Assembly (NCBI GenBank): GCA_963840455.1
Contig: CAWIYV010000011.1
Span: 1 to 64,000 of the forward strand
Length of the DNA stretch: 64,000 bases
Direction of reading: 5' to 3'
Source of the DNA: Nitrospirota bacterium
Lineage (GTDB): Bacteria > Nitrospirota > UBA9217
A model generated the notes under the pieces. It saw only the letters and a list, made by a program, of their open reading frames with translations. It did not search any database and was not told where the DNA came from. Numbering within the stretch: the stretch's first letter is position 1; each line of letters opens with the position of its first letter. The translations under genes and the position numbers were made by a program. Below are positions 22,581-30,930 of this stretch, piece after piece.

Positions 22581-22663
22581 TCCTCGGCCTGAACCTGAGT
22601 GATCAAAAGAAGGCAGATGAAGTCGAATACCTCAAGTCTTTAACCCGCGTCTCCGCTGATCCG

Positions 22664-22700
22664 AAAGACCCTCGCCTGAGGCGGTGAGGGTCTTTTTTTC
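22664..22700 (+). terminator. Intrinsic terminator
   Basis: aaagaccctcgcc-tga-ggcggtgagggtc-ttttttt. Confidence 0.75.
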
Positions 22701-22784
22701 CTTTCTCTCCGCTGTATTTCAGGCCGAGAATTCGATACTGCCGGTTCTCTATGATATACTTCAAATTGAAGGAGGTATTTCTCA

Positions 22785-23990
22785 ATGGGGGAAGAGACCT
22801 ATCCGTATGTGATCATCGGAGGCGGACTGGCCGGCGCGTCGGCCGTGGAGGGAATCAGGGAACGGGATAAAAAAGGGGCGATTCTCATCATCGGCGCTGA
22901 AAAGCATCTGCCCTACGACCGCCCGCCGCTGACGAAAAAGCTCTGGTTCGGCAAAAAGAAGGTCGAAGAGATATTTCTCCACGATCAGAAATTCTACGAC
23001 CAGAACAAAGTGACCGTGGAATCGGGCATCTCGGTCACGGCACTCGATCCGAAACAAAAGTCCGTCACGACGGACACCGGAAAACAGTATCGATATCAAA
23101 AGCTCCTCCTGGCAACAGGCGGCGTACCGCGCACCCTGCCCGTCCCCGGCGGGGACCTCGGCGGCATCTGCTATTTCAGAACGCTTGACGACTACCTGAG
23201 GATGCGCAGGGAGTCGACGGAAGGAAGTTCCGCGGTCGTCATTGGGGGAGGCTTCATCGGCTCGGAGATCGCCGCCGCGCTTACTCTCAACAAGATCAAC
23301 GTTACCATGATATTCCCCGAACCATACATTGTGAACCGCGTGTTTCCCGAGGGTCTTGGTATGGCATTGCAGCGGCAATTCCGTGATCGGGGCGCGACCC
23401 TGATGGCAGGAGAAAAACCGGCGTCGATCGCGAAAAGAGGCAGTCGCTTTATCACCACGACCGTCAGCGGCAAACAGGTAGAATCGGACATGGTGATCGT
23501 GGGCATCGGCATCGCGCCTTCCCTTGATCTTCCGCGACGTGCGGGGCTGCAAACCGCCAACGGGGTCATTGTCGATGAATATCTTCAGGCATCGCTCCCC
23601 GACATCTACGCTGCGGGCGACATCGCGTTTTTCCCCTACCAGGCGCTCGGGAAACAAACGCGCGTAGAACACTGGGACAACGCACTGAACCAGGGCAAGC
23701 AGGCGGGCTTGAACATGGCCGGTGCGCACAAGCCATACGACTATATGCCGTACTTTTTCTCCGACCTTTTCGAGTTCGGGTACGAGGCCGTGGGAGAGGT
23801 GGACGCGCATTTGGAGACTGTTGCCGACTGGCAGAAGGAAAACGATACGGGCGTGATCTATTACCTCAGGGACGGCAAGGTCCGGGGAGCAATGATGTGC
23901 AATGTCTGGGAGAAGGTAGAGGCCGCGCGGACCTTGATCCGGACAGGCGCGCAGGTAACGAAAAAGGAACTGCAGGGAATGATAAAGTAA
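22785..23990 (+). CDS. NAD(P)H/FAD-dependent oxidoreductase (ferredoxin reductase/AIF-like)
   Basis: IIGGGLAG, PYDRPPLTK, LATG, IGGGFIGSE, YAAGD, RVEHWDNA, PYFFSD. Confidence 0.9.
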   Translation: MGEETYPYVIIGGGLAGASAVEGIRERDKKGAILIIGAEKHLPYDRPPLTKKLWFGKKKVEEIFLHDQKFYDQNKVTVESGISVTALDPKQKSVTTDTGKQYRYQKLLLATGGVPRTLPVPGGDLGGICYFRTLDDYLRMRRESTEGSSAVVIGGGFIGSEIAAALTLNKINVTMIFPEPYIVNRVFPEGLGMALQRQFRDRGATLMAGEKPASIAKRGSRFITTTVSGKQVESDMVIVGIGIAPSLDLPRRAGLQTANGVIVDEYLQASLPDIYAAGDIAFFPYQALGKQTRVEHWDNALNQGKQAGLNMAGAHKPYDYMPYFFSDLFEFGYEAVGEVDAHLETVADWQKENDTGVIYYLRDGKVRGAMMCNVWEKVEAARTLIRTGAQVTKKELQGMIK

Positions 23991-24055
23991 AGATCTTTGG
24001 CGGGACCGCGTCGAACCACTAATGCGCGGGGGAAGCGACAGGAGTGGAGGTGATT

Positions 24056-24403
24056 ATGAAACTCGCGGAACAAACGGCACAACCCATACCAAAAGGAACC
24101 GCTCCTCTGTCCCGGAACGAGGCAGGGGAGCTCTTTAGCGAGATCCCCCAATGGTCAATGGGAGAACGCACGATCGGAAGAGAGTTCCGTTTCAGGGATT
24201 TTCGTCAGGCCATGGACTTTGTGAACAGCATCGCGGCGATCGCGAATGAGCAGGACCATCATCCCGATATCTTCATTTCTTACAATAAGGTGCAATTGAC
24301 CCTGTCGACGCACAAGATCGGCGGCCTGTCGCTGAACGACTTCATCATGGCGGCGAAGATCGACCGTGCGGCGGACCGACAACGGATCGGACAGGCCGCA
24401 TGA
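24056..24403 (+). CDS. phhB: Pterin-4-alpha-carbinolamine dehydratase
   Basis: DHHPD and STH..GGLS.NDF.MAAKID motifs. Confidence 0.92.
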   Translation: MKLAEQTAQPIPKGTAPLSRNEAGELFSEIPQWSMGERTIGREFRFRDFRQAMDFVNSIAAIANEQDHHPDIFISYNKVQLTLSTHKIGGLSLNDFIMAAKIDRAADRQRIGQAA

Positions 24404-25188
24404 CCAGCCACGAGTGCGCGCCTGGCGCGCCCAGCGGCCTCCGGGGAAAGGTCGCTCTCGTCACCGGCGCGGGCAAAAGGATCGGACGCGCTATCGCCAT
24501 CGCGCTTGCCGAAGAGGGCGTGCAGGTCGTTGTGCATGACCGCCGCGCATTGGAAAGAGAGACCGCCAAAGTATGCAGCGAGGTAGTTGATTGCGGGGCG
24601 AAGTCCTGGCAGGTCCTCGCCGATCTGGAAAGGCCCGAAGAGTACGAAGCCCTGATCGCGCAAGCGCTCAAGGCGGCAGGGTCACTCGATATCCTCATCA
24701 ATAACGCGTCCATCTTTCTTCCGAACACGTTCACGGATGTCGGATTCGGCGATGTAACGCGGCACCTGCACGTGAACGCATGGGCGCCATTCGTCCTCTC
24801 CCGCGAGTTCGCGAGGCTTGCCGACCGAGGTAAGATCATCAACCTTCTCGACACCCGCATCACCGGTTACGACCGGTCGCACGTGGCGTACGTCCTGAGC
24901 AAAAAGATGCTCTCGGTCCTGACGACGATGTGCGCGCTGGAGTTCGCGCCGGACTTCACGGTGAACGGCGTGGCACCCGGCCTCATCCTCCCCCCCGCGG
25001 GAAAGGATGAGAGCTATCTTGACGTGCTTGCGAAGGCCGTCCCTCTTCAGAAGCACGGGGGGCCGGGAGATATCGCGGACGCGGCGCTTTACCTGCTCAA
25101 GAGCGATTTCGTGACCGGCCAGATCATCTACGTGGATGGGGGCAAACATCTCGCGGAGGAACAACATGGACCGCATCCTGATCAGTGA
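24400..25188 (+). CDS. SDR pteridine reductase (FolM/PTR1-like)
   Basis: TGAGKRIG (Arg typical of pteridine reductases), NNAS, YxxSK, VAPGLIL. Confidence 0.82.
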   Translation: MTSHECAPGAPSGLRGKVALVTGAGKRIGRAIAIALAEEGVQVVVHDRRALERETAKVCSEVVDCGAKSWQVLADLERPEEYEALIAQALKAAGSLDILINNASIFLPNTFTDVGFGDVTRHLHVNAWAPFVLSREFARLADRGKIINLLDTRITGYDRSHVAYVLSKKMLSVLTTMCALEFAPDFTVNGVAPGLILPPAGKDESYLDVLAKAVPLQKHGGPGDIADAALYLLKSDFVTGQIIYVDGGKHLAEEQHGPHPDQ

Positions 25189-25522
25189 TCTTCTCGTACG
25201 GTGCATCATCGGCGTTCGCGATGAGGAACGGCGGGACAAACAGGACGTACTGATCAACCTGTCGCTTTCGGTAGATCTACGTAAAGCCGGCACGAGCGAC
25301 CGGATCGAAGATTCCGTGGACTACCGGGCACTGAACAAACAGATCCTTCGCATGGCGGAAAGTTCGCAGTTCCATCTCGTGGAATCCCTTGCGCAGGCCG
25401 TTGCCGATATCTGCCTCGGGAATCCGTCAATAAAGGAAGCATTGGTGAGGGTGGAAAAACCCGGGGCGCTCAGGTTCGCCAGGAGCGTCGGGGTGGAGAT
25501 CGTCAGGCGCCGCGCGGACTGA
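25166..25522 (+). CDS. folB: Dihydroneopterin aldolase/epimerase (FolB/FolX family)
   Basis: IIGV..EER...Q, SVDY, LVESLA, VEKPGA. Confidence 0.85.
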   Translation: MDRILISDLLVRCIIGVRDEERRDKQDVLINLSLSVDLRKAGTSDRIEDSVDYRALNKQILRMAESSQFHLVESLAQAVADICLGNPSIKEALVRVEKPGALRFARSVGVEIVRRRAD

Positions 25523-25524
25523 TC

Positions 25525-26043
25525 ATGGCGCGGGCCTTCATAAGCATAGGATCGAACATCGACCCGGAAACCAATGTGAGGAACGCCATCCTCCGGCTGA
25601 CGGAGACTGCACGGGTCAAAGCGATCTCCACGGTCTATCGCACGGAACCCATCGGACCGCCCGGCCAGCCGCCGTTCTATAACTGCGTCGTCGAGCTCGA
25701 AACGGATCTGCCGCCCCGGGACCTGAAGTTCCGGCTCCTGCGCCGCCTCGAGAGCGAAATGGGCAGGACGCGGGGCACCGACAAATTCACGGCGCGCACT
25801 ATCGACCTTGATCTGATCCTGTACGATGAGCTCGTGACGACCTCGGCGGACCTCACGCTTCCCGACCCCGATATCCTGAGTCGGCCGTTCCTGGTGATCG
25901 CTCTCCATGAGCTGTCGCCGGAACTGGTCCTCCCGGGGTCCGGCGTGCGCATCAGCGACGTGATGCCGGCGCTGCCGCGAACGGGCATGAAGCTTCTCGA
26001 AAAATACACGGAACGCATACGAAAGGAAGTCCACCATGGATGA
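25525..26043 (+). CDS. folK: HPPK (6-hydroxymethyl-dihydropterin pyrophosphokinase)
   Basis: [24 protein letters not shown]. Confidence 0.92.
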   Translation: MARAFISIGSNIDPETNVRNAILRLTETARVKAISTVYRTEPIGPPGQPPFYNCVVELETDLPPRDLKFRLLRRLESEMGRTRGTDKFTARTIDLDLILYDELVTTSADLTLPDPDILSRPFLVIALHELSPELVLPGSGVRISDVMPALPRTGMKLLEKYTERIRKEVHHG

Positions 26044-26611
26044 AAGGAATGAACGGATCGAAACGCTGGTCAGGGAACTGCTGGTGGAGCTTGGAGAAGA
26101 TCCGTCGCGGGAAGGGCTCATGAACACGCCGAAACGCGTTGCCGCGTCCCTTGCCTTCCTGACGTCGGGCTACAAGGCCAACATCCAGGAATTGATCAAC
26201 GAAGCTCGCTTCGCCCAGGAAACGACCAGCATGGTCGTGGTCAAGGACATCGAGGTGTACAGCATGTGCGAGCATCACATGCTGCCGTTCTATGGGAGGT
26301 GCCATATCGGGTACATCCCGCGGGGGCGCGTCTTCGGCGTGAGCAAGCTTGCCCGGCTCGTGGACATGTACGCGAGACGGCTCCAGATCCAGGAAAAGCT
26401 GACGGAGCAGATCGCCTACGCGATCAAGGACTCGATCAACGCCGATGGCGTCGGCGTGATGATCGAAGCGCGCCACCTCTGCATGATGATGCGGGGCGTG
26501 GAAAAACAGAACTCCATGTTCGTGACATCGTCGGTGCTCGGGGTCTTCCGCACGAACCCCGCGACCAGGCAGGAGTTCCTGTCGCTGATCAGCAAACCGG
26601 CGCCGGTGTAA
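26036..26611 (+). CDS. folE: GTP cyclohydrolase I
   Basis: [36 protein letters not shown]. Confidence 0.96.
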   Translation: MDERNERIETLVRELLVELGEDPSREGLMNTPKRVAASLAFLTSGYKANIQELINEARFAQETTSMVVVKDIEVYSMCEHHMLPFYGRCHIGYIPRGRVFGVSKLARLVDMYARRLQIQEKLTEQIAYAIKDSINADGVGVMIEARHLCMMMRGVEKQNSMFVTSSVLGVFRTNPATRQEFLSLISKPAPV

Positions 26612-26647
26612 AACCATGCCGGAACAGGTCGCCGCCCAGCAAGATCC

Positions 26648-27190
26648 ATGAATCCCACCAAAGACAGAGGCACAGCGGCGATCTTCACCATCGGCCATTC
26701 GAACCACCCTCTTGAGAAGTTCATCGAGATGCTGAGGGCCCACGGGATCGGGCTGATCGCCGATGTGCGGACAATCCCCAAGTCGCGCCACAATCCCCAC
26801 TACAACAGCGATGTGCTGGCCGCCGCGCTCCATGAGAACCGCATCGCCTACCATCATCTGCCTTTGCTCGGCGGGCTGCGTCATCCGAAGAAGGATTCGA
26901 TCAACAGCGCATGGGAGAACGATTCGTTCAGAGGATTCGCGGACTACATGCAGACGGAAGGATTTGCTGCAGGTCTTTCAGAATTGCTGGCGACCGGGCG
27001 GGAACAGCGGACCGCCGTGATGTGCGCCGAAGCACTTCCCTGGCGCTGTCACCGGTCCCTCATCGCCGACGCACTGCTGGTCCGCGAAGTGACGGTCATG
27101 CACATCATGAGCAGGACCTCGGTCAAGGAGCATGTCCTGACGCCCTGGGCCAGGGTGCAGGGCATGACCATTACGTACCCCCGACCGTAA
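26648..27190 (+). CDS. DUF488 family protein
   Basis: FTIGHS, ADVRT.PKSR, LGGLR, MCAE..PWRCHR. Confidence 0.9.
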   Translation: MNPTKDRGTAAIFTIGHSNHPLEKFIEMLRAHGIGLIADVRTIPKSRHNPHYNSDVLAAALHENRIAYHHLPLLGGLRHPKKDSINSAWENDSFRGFADYMQTEGFAAGLSELLATGREQRTAVMCAEALPWRCHRSLIADALLVREVTVMHIMSRTSVKEHVLTPWARVQGMTITYPRP

Positions 27191-27193
27191 AGA

Positions 27194-27679
27194 TCACCCT
27201 TTTTGCTGCCGTGCGGCCCTTTTCTTGCTCAACAGGTCCTTCACCATCACCTGCTTGAGCGCGTCCCGCGTTTGCGGGTCCTTGATGCCCGCAATACATT
27301 CCTCGATCCGCTTCTGCTCCCCTGCCTCCAGTTTCCCGGCAGCAGGCTGAAATTCTTCGGCGCGCTCGTCGGCCCGCTCCAGTTCGCCGAGCTTGAGCGT
27401 GATGCTCTCGATCCCGTCGGGGCCCAGGCGGTCGTTCACCCTGCTCACGATCTCGGGCTTCAGGAGCGAGAGCTGCTGCATCCATGCCGAGCTGTCCACC
27501 ACGACCGTGAGCCGTTTGCTCCGTATGGACGCAGGCTGCGCGTGACGGGCGATGCCCGGACCCACGGCCTTCTGCCACAGGCTGAAGACGCGGTACTCCT
27601 TCAGCTTTGCCCCCCATCCCCGGTCGTTCAGGATCTTTTCGATCGTGGACGAGAGCTTTTCGACCCTTCCGCGACGCAT
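27194..27679 (-). CDS. DUF721 / DciA family protein
   Basis: W...VG..IA.HA.P, L.V.VDSSAWMQQL motif. Confidence 0.85.
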   Translation of the reverse strand: MRRGRVEKLSSTIEKILNDRGWGAKLKEYRVFSLWQKAVGPGIARHAQPASIRSKRLTVVVDSSAWMQQLSLLKPEIVSRVNDRLGPDGIESITLKLGELERADERAEEFQPAAGKLEAGEQKRIEECIAGIKDPQTRDALKQVMVKDLLSKKRAARQQKG

Positions 27680-27992
27680 GGGCTCATGATATCGCAAATC
27701 CGGCTAAATGCAAACGGAATAGTTGCACATCAACATCCCAAGCGATGATGATAACTCGACTACGCAGGCGTGCAGCCGCCAGAGAGACGAAAAGCTGTTT
27801 CGCGCAAAGACGCCAAGCGCGAAAAGAGCAGCCCGGCAAATTTTTTGGCATCAGATTTACCTCCGCCGGAAAATCTCATTCCTCCATGATCTGCTTTTCT
27901 TTGCGTGCTTCCCTAAGTGGCCGCTGTTGGCTTTAGGCCATTGCGCCTCGGCGTGGCCCTCTTGATGGCCATTGCGTGAGACCGAAGTTATT

Positions 27993-28022
27993 TTGACAAG
28001 AGCGTGTTGGAAACGATATAAT
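27993..28022 (+). promoter_or_regulatory. sigma70 promoter of galT-glgA operon
   Basis: TTGACA-18-TATAAT. Confidence 0.7.
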
Positions 28023-28075
28023 GTGGTCGTTCTTGCGCCAGCGGCAACAGCCGCCAAAAGAACAGAGGAGCGTGT

Positions 28076-29071
28076 ATGCCTGAATTACGGAAAGACCCCA
28101 TCACCGGCCGCTGGGTCATCATCTCGTCGGACCGCGGCAAGCGGCCGACCGACTTCGCGGAACAGCGGACCAAGAAACGCGGGGGGTTCTGTCCCTTCTG
28201 CGCCGGAAACGAACGGACCACCCCCCCTGAGATCCTCGCCTACCGCGAGGGCGGCCAGCCCAACAGCCCCGGCTGGCGTCTCCGGGTGGTGCCGAACAAG
28301 TTCCCGGCGCTCCAGATCGAGGGTGAGCCGAACAAGCAGGGTGAGGGCATTTTCGACAAGATGAACGGTCTCGGCGCCCACGAGGTCATCATCGAGAACC
28401 CGGACCACAACGCGAGCCTCGCGAGCCTGCCCAGCCGGGCCATGGAGGAGGTGCTCTGGGCGTACCGGGACCGGATGGAGGACCTCAAGAAGGACCGCCG
28501 CTTCCAGTACACCCTCATCTTCAAGAATGAAGGGCTGACCGCGGGCGCGACGCTTGAGCACAGCCATTCCCAGCTCATAGCCCTCCCGATCGTGCCGATC
28601 CAGGTACAGGAGGAGATCGACGGCTGTCGGAAGCACTATGATTTGAAGGAGCGCTGCATCTTCTGCGACATCATCCGGCAGGAGCTGCAGACCCGCGCCC
28701 GCGTGGTCATGGAGACGCATTCCTTTGTGGCCCTGGCGCCGTTCGCGCCGCGCTTCCCCTTCGAGACCTGGATCATGCCGAAGCGGCACATCTCGTGCTT
28801 CTCCTGTTCGACCAACGAGGACTTCAAGGACCTGGCCTTCCTGCTCCAGAACACGCTCCGACGGCTCGACAAGGCCCTTTCCATGCCGCCCTACAACTAC
28901 ATCATCCACACCTCCCCCTTCAAGGAGGAGATCAACGACTATTATCACTGGCATATCGAGCTCATGCCCAAACTCACCAACGTGGCGGGATTCGAGTGGG
29001 GATCCGGCTTCTACATCAATCCCACGCCGCCCGAGGAAGCCGCAAAGTTCCTGCGGGAAATAAAGTTATAA
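28076..29071 (+). CDS. galT: Galactose-1-phosphate uridylyltransferase (HIT-like, glycogen-associated)
   Basis: ELRKDP, CPFC, NKFPAL, HSHSQ active site, CIFCD. Confidence 0.93.
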   Translation: MPELRKDPITGRWVIISSDRGKRPTDFAEQRTKKRGGFCPFCAGNERTTPPEILAYREGGQPNSPGWRLRVVPNKFPALQIEGEPNKQGEGIFDKMNGLGAHEVIIENPDHNASLASLPSRAMEEVLWAYRDRMEDLKKDRRFQYTLIFKNEGLTAGATLEHSHSQLIALPIVPIQVQEEIDGCRKHYDLKERCIFCDIIRQELQTRARVVMETHSFVALAPFAPRFPFETWIMPKRHISCFSCSTNEDFKDLAFLLQNTLRRLDKALSMPPYNYIIHTSPFKEEINDYYHWHIELMPKLTNVAGFEWGSGFYINPTPPEEAAKFLREIKL

Positions 29072-29120
29072 GAGCACAGGGGCTCAATATCCCTGGAACA
29101 GCCTACGTCGGGACCATGAA

Positions 29121-29230
29121 TCCAGGAGCGAGCGCATGCCTCGCAGCTTGCTGCGGGATTAGCGAGCGATTAGGATAAACGTACTACCCTGAGGATCGAG
29201 CTCCCTGCAGCTTGCTGCAGGGAGCATCAA
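29121..29230 (+). mobile_element. IS200/IS605-type MITE, copy 2
   Basis: ATGAA|tccaggagcgagcg...ccctgcagcttgctgcagggagcaTCAA. Confidence 0.85.
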
Positions 29231-29251
29231 CCGCCACGGCCAAAAAGAGGG

Positions 29252-29348
29252 CCACACGGGGGCGCAAAGGACGCAAAGGAAGTTGAACACCGGGGCAGAA
29301 ACATCTTGCCGTCCTTCGCGTCCTTCGCGCTCTTCGCGTCTTCGCGGT
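29252..29348. repeat. Inverted 9-bp tandem-repeat arms (representative of ~17 junction repeats)
   Basis: gcgcaaaggacgcaaagg ... ccttcgcgtccttcgcgctcttcgcgtcttcgcgg. Confidence 0.75.
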
Positions 29349-29384
29349 ACTATTTTTTTCGATGATGTTTAGGATGATGCCATT

Positions 29385-30827
29385 ATGAAGATCCTTTTTG
29401 CCGCCTCAGAGGTCGCCCCGTTCGCGAAGACCGGCGGCCTCGCCGACGTCGCGGGCAGCCTCCCTCAGGCCCTGGCGGCCCTGGGCCACGACGTCCGGGT
29501 GGTCCTGCCGCGGTACCGGCAGATCGACGGGGGAACATTCGGACTCACCCATCTCGCCACCTTCTACGTCCCCCTGGCGTCGTGGAAAGAACGGTGCGAC
29601 ATCCTCGCGGGAAGGCTGGGAGCGCGCGTACCGGCCTATTTCATCAACAAGGACATCTACTTCAACCGGCCCGAGCTCTACCGCACCCCCCAGGCCGACT
29701 ACCACGACAATGCCGAGCGGTTCATCTTCTTTTCCCGCGCCGTCCCCGAGCTCTGCAGGATACTGGACTTCTCTCCCCATATCATCCACTGCAACGACTG
29801 GCAGACCGGCCTGGTACCCCTGTATCTGAAAAAATTCTATAATGACGTTGCGCAGCTTCGTCTTGCCCGGACGGTCTTCACCATCCACAACCTCGGTTAC
29901 CAGGGGATCTTCGGGAAACGCGAGCTGGTCCTCACCGGGCTCGGGTGGGACGTGTTCACTCCCGACGGCATCGAGTTCTGGGACAATATCAACCTCCTGA
30001 AGGCCGGGATCGTCCATGCCGACGTTGTCACCACCGTCAGCGCGACTTACAGCAGGGAGATCCAGACGCCCGAGTTCGGCCATGGGCTGGACGGGACGCT
30101 CCGGAAGCGCGCGGAAGACCTGTTCGGCATCGTGAACGGCATTGATAACGAGGAGTGGGACCCGGCGCATGACCCATCCCTGCCGCAGCCCTACAGCGCG
30201 GCGCGGCTCGTGGGGAAGCAGGCGTGCAAACGCGCCCTGCAGGAACAGCTGGGGCTCCCGCTTGAGAACGCGCCAATCCTCGGCATGGTGACGCGGCTCA
30301 CTGACCAGAAGGGCCTGGACATCCTGTTGGACGCTATCCCCGAGCTCCTGCACCAGCAGGCCCAGCTCGTCATCCTCGGCACCGGCGACGACCGCTACCA
30401 CCGCGCGCTGGCCAAGATGGGCGACCGCCACCGGGACCGGATGAGCGTCCTGCTCAAATATGATGACACGCTCGCCCGGCGCATCTATGCCGGCTCCGAC
30501 CTGTTCCTCATGCCGTCGCGATACGAGCCCTGCGGCCTTGGCCAGATGCACGCGCTCCGGTACGGCACGGTCCCCGTCGTCCGCAGGACCGGCGGGCTTG
30601 CCGACACGGTCGATGACTACCATCCCCGGGCCGGGAAGGGCACCGGATTCGTGTTCGACGATTACACGCCCGACGCGCTTGTCGCCTGCGTCAAGCGGGC
30701 ACTCAAAGTGTACCGTGACCCGAAGCGATGGAAGTCGATCATGCAGGCCGGGATGAAGGTCGATTTCTCGTGGACGAGCTCGGCAAAGGAATACTTGAAG
30801 GTATACCATAAAGCATTACACAAGTAG
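29385..30827 (+). CDS. glgA: Glycogen synthase
   Basis: KTGGLADV, HCNDWQ, TIHNL, MPSRYEPCGL, TGGLADTV. Confidence 0.96.
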   Translation: MKILFAASEVAPFAKTGGLADVAGSLPQALAALGHDVRVVLPRYRQIDGGTFGLTHLATFYVPLASWKERCDILAGRLGARVPAYFINKDIYFNRPELYRTPQADYHDNAERFIFFSRAVPELCRILDFSPHIIHCNDWQTGLVPLYLKKFYNDVAQLRLARTVFTIHNLGYQGIFGKRELVLTGLGWDVFTPDGIEFWDNINLLKAGIVHADVVTTVSATYSREIQTPEFGHGLDGTLRKRAEDLFGIVNGIDNEEWDPAHDPSLPQPYSAARLVGKQACKRALQEQLGLPLENAPILGMVTRLTDQKGLDILLDAIPELLHQQAQLVILGTGDDRYHRALAKMGDRHRDRMSVLLKYDDTLARRIYAGSDLFLMPSRYEPCGLGQMHALRYGTVPVVRRTGGLADTVDDYHPRAGKGTGFVFDDYTPDALVACVKRALKVYRDPKRWKSIMQAGMKVDFSWTSSAKEYLKVYHKALHK

Positions 30828-30831
30828 CATG

Positions 30832-30921
30832 GGGGCAGGAGCCAGAATCCAGAAGGATACCGATCGACTGCCCTCCTGGCTCCTGACTCCTGACTCCAGT
30901 TCCTGATTTCTGTCTCCTGTT
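30832..30921. repeat. Inverted 7-bp tandem-repeat arms
   Basis: caggagccagaatccaga ... ctcctggctcctgactcctgactcc. Confidence 0.75.
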
Positions 30922-30930
30922 CCTCAAACC

